Source: Candidatus Aenigmatarchaeota archaeon (GTDB lineage Archaea; Aenigmatarchaeota; Aenigmatarchaeia; CG10238-14; SCSR01). Taken from it: DNA of 64,000 nt. The stretch is from the NCBI GenBank assembly GCA_038998585.1, contig JAVZGQ010000003.1:10196-74195 (forward strand). The letters run 5' to 3'. Below the pieces are notes generated by a model. That model was given only the letters and a program-made list of their open reading frames with translations, did no database searches and was not told where the DNA came from. Position numbers and translations under genes: made by a program. Below, piece by piece: positions 27,527 through 36,137 of the stretch; positions within the stretch are counted from its first letter, which is position 1; every line of letters starts with the position of its first letter.

Positions 27527-29326
27527 TTATATCAAAGCTCTAATCTTCTTCTTACTCAATATAGTCTTTAGCAATTCTTTCCCAATATCAGACGACTTAC
27601 TTACTTTGATTTTATATTTCTTACCTATAGTTGCAGAGAAAAGGAATTTATCATCAATATAAAAATTGGCGGTTTTCCCAACAAGCCTTTTATCAAAATT
27701 GAACTCGATGCTATTACCACTTTCTTTAATTTCAAATTCAATTTCTTTCCCCATTGTGGGCGTTTTTGGTTCGACTTCTATATGCAAACCAAGTTTTTTT
27801 TCTATTGCTGAAATGGTATTACCCTCTTTTCCAATTAACCTTGCAATCACATTATTATCAACTCTCACTATTACTTTATTGTTAGAAACAAAATCAATTT
27901 CTGCTTTCGGATCAAACTTTTCTATCTCTTGTTTTATTCTTTCAATAGCCAATTTTTTTATCGGCGAGGCTTCTTGTTCCACTACAGGAACTACAATATT
28001 CTCCTCACCAAATGTGTAAATTTCGTACTCAAGTTTTCCCGTTTCAAAATCTCTGATTTCAACCAAAGGTCTTGCTAAATCAGCCTCTGTCATGCCAGTG
28101 GGTACTCTTACGGTCAAGTTCAAGTCATAAACTTTTTTGACTTCACCCTCTTTTATGAAGATCACAGTATCAATTATGTGTGGGATCATGCCGAGCTCAG
28201 TCCTCATTATAAATCTTTGAATTGCATCTATTGCATTGCTAGCATGTACAACGCCTATCATTCCCACACCAGCTAAACGCATGTCAGAAAATATCTCAAA
28301 GTCCTTAGTCTTCCTAACTTCATCATAAATTGAATAATCAGGCCTAACTAAAAGTAAGATGTCGGCAGTCTTTTCGAAATCTCCTTCCAAAGGCCCATAT
28401 TGAGTGATTTCAGGACCAACTTGTAAGTCTTTTGGAGATTCTAAAGTCTTCACAATCTTGCCTTGCTCTTTGTAAAATTCGGCTATACTGCTTGCGAAAG
28501 TAGTTTTTCCGCTTCCAGGAGGCCCAGCAATTAAAATCCCTTCTGCTTTTTCTTTCAACCTCTTCATCAGCTTTTCAGAAAGCTTGTAGTCCTCAAGTTT
28601 TAGCCTGATTATAGGTCTTACGATCGTCAATTCAAGGCCATCAGAAAAAGGGGGTCTTGCTATTGCTATTCTATAGTCTCCAAGCTGCAAGACCATTGCT
28701 CCAGCTCGAGCTATTTCAACATGTCCTTCTTCGCTCACTCTTGCAGCTTCCAAAATTTCTTTTATCATATCTTCTATCTCTTCCACAGAAAGCTTTTCTT
28801 CACTAACTTTTACAAGTTCAAACTTTCCCGGCTTACCTCTTTTAACAAGCGGTGGCACACCTTCCTTCAAATGCACGCTAAGCGTGTCAGAAGTAAAATA
28901 TTTTTCAAACTTCAGGCCGGTAGTTTTCACTTCTTGTGCTATGTATTCAACAGGAATTCCTTCAGCTTCAGCAACTAAAGCTTGAACATAGTCAGCAGTG
29001 AGCAACTTGCCATTTTCATCTTTTGCCACATCTCTAATCAAAGCATCTATTCTTCCAGCTTTTGCGAGCTTTATTTCTTCTAAACTTGGTCTCTCACCAA
29101 CAAACCTTATCTTTATCTTCTTCTCTTCGCACAAATTCCTTATTTTTTTCAACTCATCAAGGCCAACAAAACCGACATCTCTACCTTTCGAGGCCTGTGC
29201 TTGCAGTTCATCTAAAACAGCTAGGGGTATCACTAACTCAATCTCTTTAAGCTCACCTTTTTCAAGCATTTCAGCCAAATTCCCGTGAATTATCACGCTT
29301 GTATCTGGAACAATTTTTGTTGCCAT
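27527..29326 (-). CDS. PIN domain + PilT-like ATPase + KH domain protein (COG1855-type)
   Basis: The N-terminal PIN-like region is IVPDTSVIIHG...LDEL. Walker A is GPPGSGKTTFASSIA. The C-terminal KH domain is IGKEGNTISAIEKKLGLHIEV. Confidence 0.8.
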   Translation of the reverse strand: MATKIVPDTSVIIHGNLAEMLEKGELKEIELVIPLAVLDELQAQASKGRDVGFVGLDELKKIRNLCEEKKIKIRFVGERPSLEEIKLAKAGRIDALIRDVAKDENGKLLTADYVQALVAEAEGIPVEYIAQEVKTTGLKFEKYFTSDTLSVHLKEGVPPLVKRGKPGKFELVKVSEEKLSVEEIEDMIKEILEAARVSEEGHVEIARAGAMVLQLGDYRIAIARPPFSDGLELTIVRPIIRLKLEDYKLSEKLMKRLKEKAEGILIAGPPGSGKTTFASSIAEFYKEQGKIVKTLESPKDLQVGPEITQYGPLEGDFEKTADILLLVRPDYSIYDEVRKTKDFEIFSDMRLAGVGMIGVVHASNAIDAIQRFIMRTELGMIPHIIDTVIFIKEGEVKKVYDLNLTVRVPTGMTEADLARPLVEIRDFETGKLEYEIYTFGEENIVVPVVEQEASPIKKLAIERIKQEIEKFDPKAEIDFVSNNKVIVRVDNNVIARLIGKEGNTISAIEKKLGLHIEVEPKTPTMGKEIEFEIKESGNSIEFNFDKRLVGKTANFYIDDKFLFSATIGKKYKIKVSKSSDIGKELLKTILSKKKIRALI

Positions 29327-29502
29327 ATTTTAACCTTGTTTTTTATTCATTTTAAACCTATATTTCTTCTTTTTCAATCTTTTAAACTCTTATGTTCAAT
29401 TCTTCACCTTTAACTCACAACAAAATTATTAACACAAAAATAACATTTCGAGAATAGCAAAAAATTTAAAAATAAATTTCCTTCTTCTAAACAGGGGTCT
29501 GA

Positions 29503-29625
29503 ATGAAGTCATGCCCAGAGTGTGGTAGTGACAAGCTCAAAAGAAATAATGAAGGCTTGATATGTGACAATTGTGGAATTTTGATAGAAGAGAGCATTTA
29601 TTCAGGAGAAAGAATAATTGCTTGA
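29503..29625 (+). CDS. Stand-alone TFIIB-type zinc-ribbon mini-protein (40 aa)
   Basis: MKSCPECGSDKLKRNNEGLICDNCGILIEESIYSGERIIA has the CPxCG...CxxCG spacing of the TFB N-terminal ribbon. An AT-rich TATA-like element lies about 30 nt upstream. The ORF is below the ORF-track length cut-off. Confidence 0.5.
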   Translation: MKSCPECGSDKLKRNNEGLICDNCGILIEESIYSGERIIA

Positions 29626-29630
29626 TGAGT

Positions 29631-30962
29631 TTACTCTAGTTTCCTAATAGAATTGTCTACCTCCATTATTATTTCTTTTAAAGCAAGCTCTTTCTCAGTC
29701 TTTTTTTTCATGTTTTTAAGCTTAAACTTACTTTTCTCAACCTCCTTTTTTCCAACTATAACAATAAAAGGTATTCCTAAAGAATCAGCATATTCAAGCT
29801 GCTTGGTTAAGCTTCTATTCATTAAATCTACTTGGGTAGAAATTCCAGCCTTTCTCAGACTCTCAGCAATTTCTACAGCTTGTTTTTTCAAGTTTTCTTC
29901 GACATTTGCAACAAAAACTTTAACCTTTGTCTGGGGGAGCTGTATACTTTTTTCTTTTTTCAAAATTTCTATGATTCTTTCTATTCCCAGAGAAATTCCT
30001 GTGGCTTGAGTAGGCTTCCCGCCATAAAGTTCAACAAGCTTGTCATATCTACCACCACCAGCCAAAGATCCAATCTTCCCACCTTTAACTTCAATCTCAA
30101 ATATGGGCCCAGTGTAATAGTCAAGTCCTCTTGCCAAGCTGAAATCAAGAACAATTAGATCAGATATTCCATAAAATTTTGAGAATTCATAGATTTTTTT
30201 CAATTCCTCGATCCCCTCTCTTCCTTTTGAGCTTCTGTTAACTATAGCTTCACCTTTTTTCAAAACATCTTCATATTTTCCTTCAATTGAGATAATTTCA
30301 AGCAATTCTTCTATTTGTTTTTTTGGCATGCCAATTTTTTTTAACTCTTCTTTCACACCACTAGTGCCAATTTTTCCAAGCTTGTCTATAGCTCTGAAAA
30401 CTTCTAAGTTGCCAAATTCAATCTTAGCCTCTTCAGGAATTTTTTCTTTCAATATTTCTACAAAAGCTTCTAAAACTTTTCTATTGTTTATCCTGACTCT
30501 CAAGTCTCTGAAGCCCAAAGCTTTCAAGCAATCTATTGCACAAGCTATACATTCAACATCAGCCTCCATGCTGCTTGAACCACAAATATCAACATCTGCC
30601 TGATAGAACTGTCTTAGCCTTCCTGCCTGTGGCTCTTCATATCTCCAAACAGGTGCAATAACATATCTCTTGAATGGTTTTGGTAGCTGAGGATTGTTTG
30701 CTAAGAATCTTGCTAAAGGTACGGTCAAATCAAATCTCAAACCAAGCTTTCTCTCTTTCTCGCTCTCTACTTTGAAAATTTGCTTAGCAACATCTTCCCC
30801 ACTTTTTGCAGTCAATAGCTCCAAATCTTCTAGGGCAGGAGTCTCTATAGTTTCGAAACCATAAGCTTCAAAAATTTTCTTGATGGTTTGAATGACATAC
30901 TCACGAATAACCATTTCTTCGGTTCCAAAATCTCTCATGCCTTTTGGTGGATGGAATTTCAT
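29631..30962 (-). CDS. hisS: Histidyl-tRNA synthetase
   Basis: MKFHPPKGMRDF is the canonical HisRS start, so the internal ATG at 30962 is preferred. Class II motifs and the C-terminal anticodon-binding domain are present. Confidence 0.9.
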   Translation of the reverse strand: MKFHPPKGMRDFGTEEMVIREYVIQTIKKIFEAYGFETIETPALEDLELLTAKSGEDVAKQIFKVESEKERKLGLRFDLTVPLARFLANNPQLPKPFKRYVIAPVWRYEEPQAGRLRQFYQADVDICGSSSMEADVECIACAIDCLKALGFRDLRVRINNRKVLEAFVEILKEKIPEEAKIEFGNLEVFRAIDKLGKIGTSGVKEELKKIGMPKKQIEELLEIISIEGKYEDVLKKGEAIVNRSSKGREGIEELKKIYEFSKFYGISDLIVLDFSLARGLDYYTGPIFEIEVKGGKIGSLAGGGRYDKLVELYGGKPTQATGISLGIERIIEILKKEKSIQLPQTKVKVFVANVEENLKKQAVEIAESLRKAGISTQVDLMNRSLTKQLEYADSLGIPFIVIVGKKEVEKSKFKLKNMKKKTEKELALKEIIMEVDNSIRKLE

Positions 30963-31374
30963 ACTTCTATTTTGGTTTTTATTTTTAAAATCAGTAAGAA
31001 AATCTCTATTAAATCGAAATAAATCAACTCTTATTGAGGTCCCCACCATTTAAATTTAATCAATCTGGCTTAAGACATCAACTTTATTTTTTATTTAAAT
31101 TTTATTGACATCATTACCAGTAGTTATAAGACGACTCACATCTTCATTTTTATAGAGTTCAAGAGCTTTCGCCACTGCTCTATTTTTAATGAGAATGTCT
31201 ATCCCTCAGTTTAAACCCGTTGCTCCATTGGATTATTGTCGGTCTTATAAGATATTGTCTTAAAGAAAAATTTAAGTAGTTATTTCTTGAAATTAAATTA
31301 AGGAGTAAAAATGAAGGGCGATAATCGGATCTAATTCTAAAGTTTTATTTAGCCCAAATTCCAAAAATGAATTT

Positions 31375-34254
31375 ATGGTTAAGCAAGCTTCACTTAAAGA
31401 GCAGGAAGAAAAGATAATGAAATTCTGGAAGAAGAATAAGGTTTACGATAAGGTTAAAGCCCAAAGAAAAAATGCGAGGAAGTTTTACTTCTTGGATGGT
31501 CCACCTTATGCTACTGGCAGCATTCATGTAGGCACTGCGATGAACAAGGTGATAAAAGATTGTTACTTGAGATTCTTCAGGATGTTTGGCTTCAATGTTT
31601 GGGGCCAGCCAGGCTACGACACACACGGCGTGCCGATAGAAAATAAAATAGAAAAGGAGCTGGGCTTCAAGAGCAAGAAGGACATAGAGAATTTTGGTGT
31701 TGCTAAGTTCATCCAAAAGTGTAGAGAATTTGCAACCAAGTATATATCAGTTATGGGGAAACAATTTGAAAACCTTGGAGTTTGGATGGATTGGAATAAT
31801 CCTTACTTAACTTTAGCAAACGATTATATAGAAGGAGCTTGGTTTACCTTCAAGAAAGCTTTTGAGAAAGGTTTTTTATACAAGGGAAATTATCCGGTTC
31901 ATGTTTGTCCAAGATGCGAGACTGTTGTGGCTTACAATGAAATAGAGTACACAAAGCTGAAAGATCCCTCTATTTATGTTAAATTCAGAATCAAAAGCAA
32001 ACCAAATGAATATCTTGTTATTTGGACAACCACGCCATGGACTTTGCCCGCTAACAGTGGTGTGATGGCAAAACCAGATGCAGAATATGTTAGAGTTCAA
32101 GTTAATGGAGAAATTTTAATCTTGGCCAAGCAACTTCTAGAAGGAGTGATGAAAAAATTTGGGATAAAAGATTACAAAATTTTGGAGATAAAGCTTGGGA
32201 AAGAGCTTGAGAACTTGAAGTATGAACATCCCTTTGTGGATGAATTCAAGTTTCAGCAAGTTTTAACAAATGCTCATAGAGTGGTTCTTTCAGATCAGTT
32301 CGTGAGCTTGGAAGAAGGTACAGGTTTAGTTCACACCGCTCCGGGCCACGGTGAAGAAGACTATAAAGTTGGATTAGAGGCAGGATTACCGGCTATATCT
32401 CCTGTAAAAATTGACGGAACTTTTGATGAAAGTTGTGGAAAATATGCTGGCATGTTTGTTAAAGATGCTGACAAACTTATATTACAAGAGCTTAGGGCAA
32501 AAGGCCTACTGCTTCATGAAGAAACTATCGAGCACGATTATCCGATATGTTGGCGCTGTAATACACCTTTACTTCAAATTTCAGTGCCACAATGGTTTTT
32601 TAAAGTTACAGCAATTAGGAACAAGCTAATAGAAGAAAACAAAAAGATAAAATGGAATCCAAGTTGGGCAAGCCAAAGATTTCAGAACTGGTTAGAAAGC
32701 TTGGGGGATTGGCCAATTTCAAGACAAAGATATTGGGGAATTCCTTTGCCTATATGGATTTGTGAAAAATGTGGAAACATTAGAGTCATCGGTTCGAGAG
32801 AAGAATTACCAAGAATGCCAAAGGACTTTCATAAACCATACATAGATGAAATAATCTTGAAATGTAGCTGTGGAGGCAAGATGAAAAGAATTCCAGATGT
32901 GCTTGATGTTTGGTTTGATTCCGGAGTAGCTTCTTGGGCTTCTCTAGGCTATCCAAGAAACAAAAAACTTTTCAAGAAGCTTTGGCCCGCTGATTTTATC
33001 CTAGAGGGGTCAGATCAGTTTAGAGGTTGGTGGAATTCCTTGATGATAACAAGTATGATGACTTTTGATAAGGCTCCTTTCAAAAGTGTTTTAATGCATG
33101 GTTTAGTTCTGGATGCACATGGTCAAAAAATGTCCAAGAGCTTACAAAATATAGTGAGTACAGAAGAAGTGATAGAAAAATACGGCAGAGATTTGCTTAG
33201 ATTTTATTATCTTTCAAGCGAACCTTGGAATGACTATTATTTCAGTTGGCAAGTTATGGAAGAAATATCAAAATCTTTTGTTATAGTTAGGAATTCTTTC
33301 AATTTCGTCAAGACTTATGTTTCTTCCCTCGGGAAACCAAAAGGCCTGAAGCAAGAGGATAAATGGATTCTTTCTAGGTTAAATTCTTTAGTAGAAAGTT
33401 GCACAAAACATTTTCAAGATCACAATGCCCATAAAGTTGCAAACGAAGTTTTGGACTTCATCTTAAACGATTTCTCAAGATGGTACATCAAGCTGATAAG
33501 AGATAGAGTCTGGCCTTTGTATGATGGTAAAGATAAACAAGCGGCCTTCTTCACTTGTTTAACTGTAACTGAAACTATAGCAAAGCTTTTGGCCCCGATT
33601 TGTCCTTTCTTGGCGGAACAAGTTTATCAAGAAGTTGTTAAACCTTTGAAAAAAGGTAAGCTTTCGGTTCATATGGAAGACTGGCCAAAAGTTGAAAAAA
33701 GAATGATAAATAAGAAGCTTGAAGAGGAGATGAGGGTTGCTAAGCAGATTGTGGAAGCTTGTAGTGCAGCAAGACAAAAGGCAAGCCTGAAGCTGAGATG
33801 GCCAATTCCTTGTGTTGTTTTGGTATCAAAAGAAATGAATTTAGAAAATGTTGTGAAAGATTTAAAAGAAGTTCTTCTCAAGATGTGTAATACTAAAGAA
33901 ATAAAGCTTTCGAAAGAAGAGCCAGAAGGTGAATTTTCTACAGCGGAATTTAACTTAGGAAAAATCTTCATTCCATCTAAGCTCGATGAAAAGCTTTTAG
34001 ATGAAGCTCTATTGAGAGAGCTTGTGAGGAAGATACAAGAGATGAGAAAGAAATTTGGTTTTGTTGTTAAGGACAGGATTGATTTAACTTTAAGTTCAGA
34101 TGAAAAGACTAGCAAATTTTTGGAGAAAAACAAAAAGCTGATAGCAAAAGAGGTTGGCGCCAAAATTGTAACAGTAGGAGTTACAGAAGGGAAGTTCTCA
34201 GAAAATCTCGAGTTTGAAGATAAAAAGGTAAGTATAGCCTTTAACAAAGCTTAA
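31375..34254 (+). CDS. ileS: Isoleucyl-tRNA synthetase
   Basis: FLDGPPYATGSIHVGTAMNK is the HIGH region. Also present: the PGYDTHGVPIE CP1 editing region, zinc-type CPRC/CWRC and KMSKS. Confidence 0.88.
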   Translation: MVKQASLKEQEEKIMKFWKKNKVYDKVKAQRKNARKFYFLDGPPYATGSIHVGTAMNKVIKDCYLRFFRMFGFNVWGQPGYDTHGVPIENKIEKELGFKSKKDIENFGVAKFIQKCREFATKYISVMGKQFENLGVWMDWNNPYLTLANDYIEGAWFTFKKAFEKGFLYKGNYPVHVCPRCETVVAYNEIEYTKLKDPSIYVKFRIKSKPNEYLVIWTTTPWTLPANSGVMAKPDAEYVRVQVNGEILILAKQLLEGVMKKFGIKDYKILEIKLGKELENLKYEHPFVDEFKFQQVLTNAHRVVLSDQFVSLEEGTGLVHTAPGHGEEDYKVGLEAGLPAISPVKIDGTFDESCGKYAGMFVKDADKLILQELRAKGLLLHEETIEHDYPICWRCNTPLLQISVPQWFFKVTAIRNKLIEENKKIKWNPSWASQRFQNWLESLGDWPISRQRYWGIPLPIWICEKCGNIRVIGSREELPRMPKDFHKPYIDEIILKCSCGGKMKRIPDVLDVWFDSGVASWASLGYPRNKKLFKKLWPADFILEGSDQFRGWWNSLMITSMMTFDKAPFKSVLMHGLVLDAHGQKMSKSLQNIVSTEEVIEKYGRDLLRFYYLSSEPWNDYYFSWQVMEEISKSFVIVRNSFNFVKTYVSSLGKPKGLKQEDKWILSRLNSLVESCTKHFQDHNAHKVANEVLDFILNDFSRWYIKLIRDRVWPLYDGKDKQAAFFTCLTVTETIAKLLAPICPFLAEQVYQEVVKPLKKGKLSVHMEDWPKVEKRMINKKLEEEMRVAKQIVEACSAARQKASLKLRWPIPCVVLVSKEMNLENVVKDLKEVLLKMCNTKEIKLSKEEPEGEFSTAEFNLGKIFIPSKLDEKLLDEALLRELVRKIQEMRKKFGFVVKDRIDLTLSSDEKTSKFLEKNKKLIAKEVGAKIVTVGVTEGKFSENLEFEDKKVSIAFNKA

Positions 34255-34370
34255 TTGTCTATCAACCCCCGAATTTTTAGATTTATTTTTAAAAAGACTA
34301 GAGAAAAAACATTTAACTCACTTATTTGGTTCTAAACCTATATTAACCATTTTTTATTCAAACTCAAAAC

Positions 34371-34775
34371 ATGGAAATTAAGAAAAATATTTTAATTATA
34401 GCCTGTATTTTAATCTCATCAGCAGGTTTAGTCTTAGTCTATTTTTCAGCTTTAAAAGTTTCACCTTGCGATATAAAAATAAGTAAAATAGATTCGGGCT
34501 CAATCGGTAAGCTAGTCTCTACAAGTGGTAAAATTTCTTATGTTAGAATCCACCCAAATGGCCACATTTTTTTAACTTTGACGGATGGTGATTCAAGAAT
34601 AGAAGTTCCAATTTTCTCGAGTTTAGCAAGTAAATTGAATGATGGTATGACTAAATACGACTTAAGAAAAGGTAAAGTCGTGAAAATTACAGGGATTGTG
34701 GGCGAATATAAGGGCCAGCTTCAAATTGTCCCACAGAAACCAACAGACATTAGAATTTTAGATAGTCTGAAATAG
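34371..34775 (+). CDS. Membrane-anchored OB-fold (nucleic-acid-binding type) protein
   Basis: An N-terminal TM helix is followed by VSTSGKISYVRIHPNGHIFLTLTDGDSRIEVPIF...VVKITGIVGEYKGQLQIVP, a typical tRNA_anti/OB-fold pattern. Confidence 0.55.
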   Translation: MEIKKNILIIACILISSAGLVLVYFSALKVSPCDIKISKIDSGSIGKLVSTSGKISYVRIHPNGHIFLTLTDGDSRIEVPIFSSLASKLNDGMTKYDLRKGKVVKITGIVGEYKGQLQIVPQKPTDIRILDSLK

Positions 34776-34776
34776 A

Positions 34777-36018
34777 ATGTTCGATTTCATCTTAATTTCA
34801 TTTGTCGGAATTTCAATAGGTTTATTTTCAGGATTGATGCCAGGCGCACATATTAACACTTTATTACCCCTACTACTATCTTTTTCGGCTTTTTTCAATC
34901 TTTCACCCCACCATTTGGCTGTTCTTATAGTCTCGACTGCGATGAGTGAAATTTTTTTCAACTTTATTTCATCAATTTTTATTGGTGCTCCAGAAGAAGA
35001 GACTGCCCTATCGGTTTTACCTGGTCACAGGCTTCTTTTGGAGGGTAAAGGATACGAAGCAATAAGACTCATAGTTATAGGCGGCGTAGGATCTTTGACT
35101 CTCACTATTTTATTCATAGCATTTCTCTCACCATACTTTACATCTTTTTATAAACTTACAAGACCTTACATACATTTTGCCATAATTGCGGTTGTGGCTT
35201 TCATGATTTTTTCTGAGAAAACTCCCAGAAGAATAATTTCTTCAATATTCATAATTTCTCTTTCAGGAATTTTTGGTTTAATTGTTTTGAATTCCAAGCT
35301 TTTACCTTCACAACATATTCTACTTCCCATTTTCACAGGAATGTTTGGCTTGAGCACATTGATGGTCAGCCTTTCTGAGACCTCAAAAATTCCTGAACAG
35401 AAGGAAGATTTTTGTCTGGGTATATCAACAAAAGAAATCATAAGATCAATTTTCTTGGGTTCGATTGCTGGTGTTATGACAGGCTTTTTACCTGCTATTG
35501 GAGTTTCTCAAGCCACTGTTATTGTACAATATCTTGGTGGGACAGGAGACGCCAGAAGCTTTCTAGTCACACTTTCTGGAATAAATGTTGGCAATGAAGT
35601 TTTTTCCTTAATTTCTCTTTATCTTGTTTCAAATCCAAGAAGTGGTGCAAGCGTTGCAATTCAACAAATTTTATCTGAATTGAGTTTTTATGATGTTTTG
35701 CTTTTGATTGGAACCATTTGTTTTGTTTCGGGGATTTCTGCCCTACTTACACTTTATCTAGGCGAGCGAATACCAAAATTTTTGATAAAATTGGACTACA
35801 AAACTTTAACGCTTTCTGTAATAAGTTTCATTTGTGCCATGGTTTTTATCTGGACAGGAATTATGGGCATTTTTGTCCTTTCTATATCAACTGCCATTGG
35901 TCTTCTTTGTGTTCATCTTGAAATAAGAAGAAGCCATTGTATGGGTGTGCTCATGATTCCAAGCATTTTATTTTTTTCTGGTTTAAATCCTGTAGTTCTC
36001 TCGGCATTAGGAATATAA
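34777..36018 (+). CDS. Polytopic membrane protein, TctA/DUF112-like
   Basis: About 10 or more predicted TM helices. The N-terminal GLFSGLMPGAHINTLLPLLL resembles the DUF112 signature. The gene starts 1 nt after the OB-fold gene stop. Confidence 0.5.
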   Translation: MFDFILISFVGISIGLFSGLMPGAHINTLLPLLLSFSAFFNLSPHHLAVLIVSTAMSEIFFNFISSIFIGAPEEETALSVLPGHRLLLEGKGYEAIRLIVIGGVGSLTLTILFIAFLSPYFTSFYKLTRPYIHFAIIAVVAFMIFSEKTPRRIISSIFIISLSGIFGLIVLNSKLLPSQHILLPIFTGMFGLSTLMVSLSETSKIPEQKEDFCLGISTKEIIRSIFLGSIAGVMTGFLPAIGVSQATVIVQYLGGTGDARSFLVTLSGINVGNEVFSLISLYLVSNPRSGASVAIQQILSELSFYDVLLLIGTICFVSGISALLTLYLGERIPKFLIKLDYKTLTLSVISFICAMVFIWTGIMGIFVLSISTAIGLLCVHLEIRRSHCMGVLMIPSILFFSGLNPVVLSALGI

Positions 36019-36137
36019 TTTGATCAGATTTCTTTTATGACAATTTTGAGGAAATGAGACGGATTTTAGAAAACTATGTGTATGTTAAAAACAATATTTT
36101 AATTAAAATCGAAATTTTTTATCAGACTGGTGAAAAT

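Noticed and set aside
31120-31260. An imperfect long-range inverted repeat (TATAAGACGAC ... GTCGGTCTTATA) in the hisS-ileS spacer, considered as a structured ncRNA
   Set aside because: The stem is only about 11 bp and contains a mismatch. The interior has no convincing secondary structure or known ncRNA motifs. Evidence is insufficient without expression or covariation data.
33669-34247. A 192-aa minus-strand ORF inside ileS. Similar antisense ORFs lie inside rad50 (11482-11943), mre11 (9280-9669), the PIN-ATPase gene (27666-28019) and hisS (29653-30158).
   Set aside because: All lie opposite GAA/AAG-rich coding sequence, so the antisense strand is TTC/CTT-rich and stop-poor. They have a Ser/Phe/Leu-rich composition and no independent start context.
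36054-36137. N-terminal extensions proposed by the ORF track for alaS (36054), hisS (31049), the second pilin (2064) and the small ORF at 20547
   Set aside because: In each case an internal ATG reproduces the canonical family N-terminus (MATKKEL..., MKFHPPKGMRDF, MKAQITLVEF) or has a better Shine-Dalgarno or spacing context. The extensions are unconserved-looking and overlap upstream genes or promoters.
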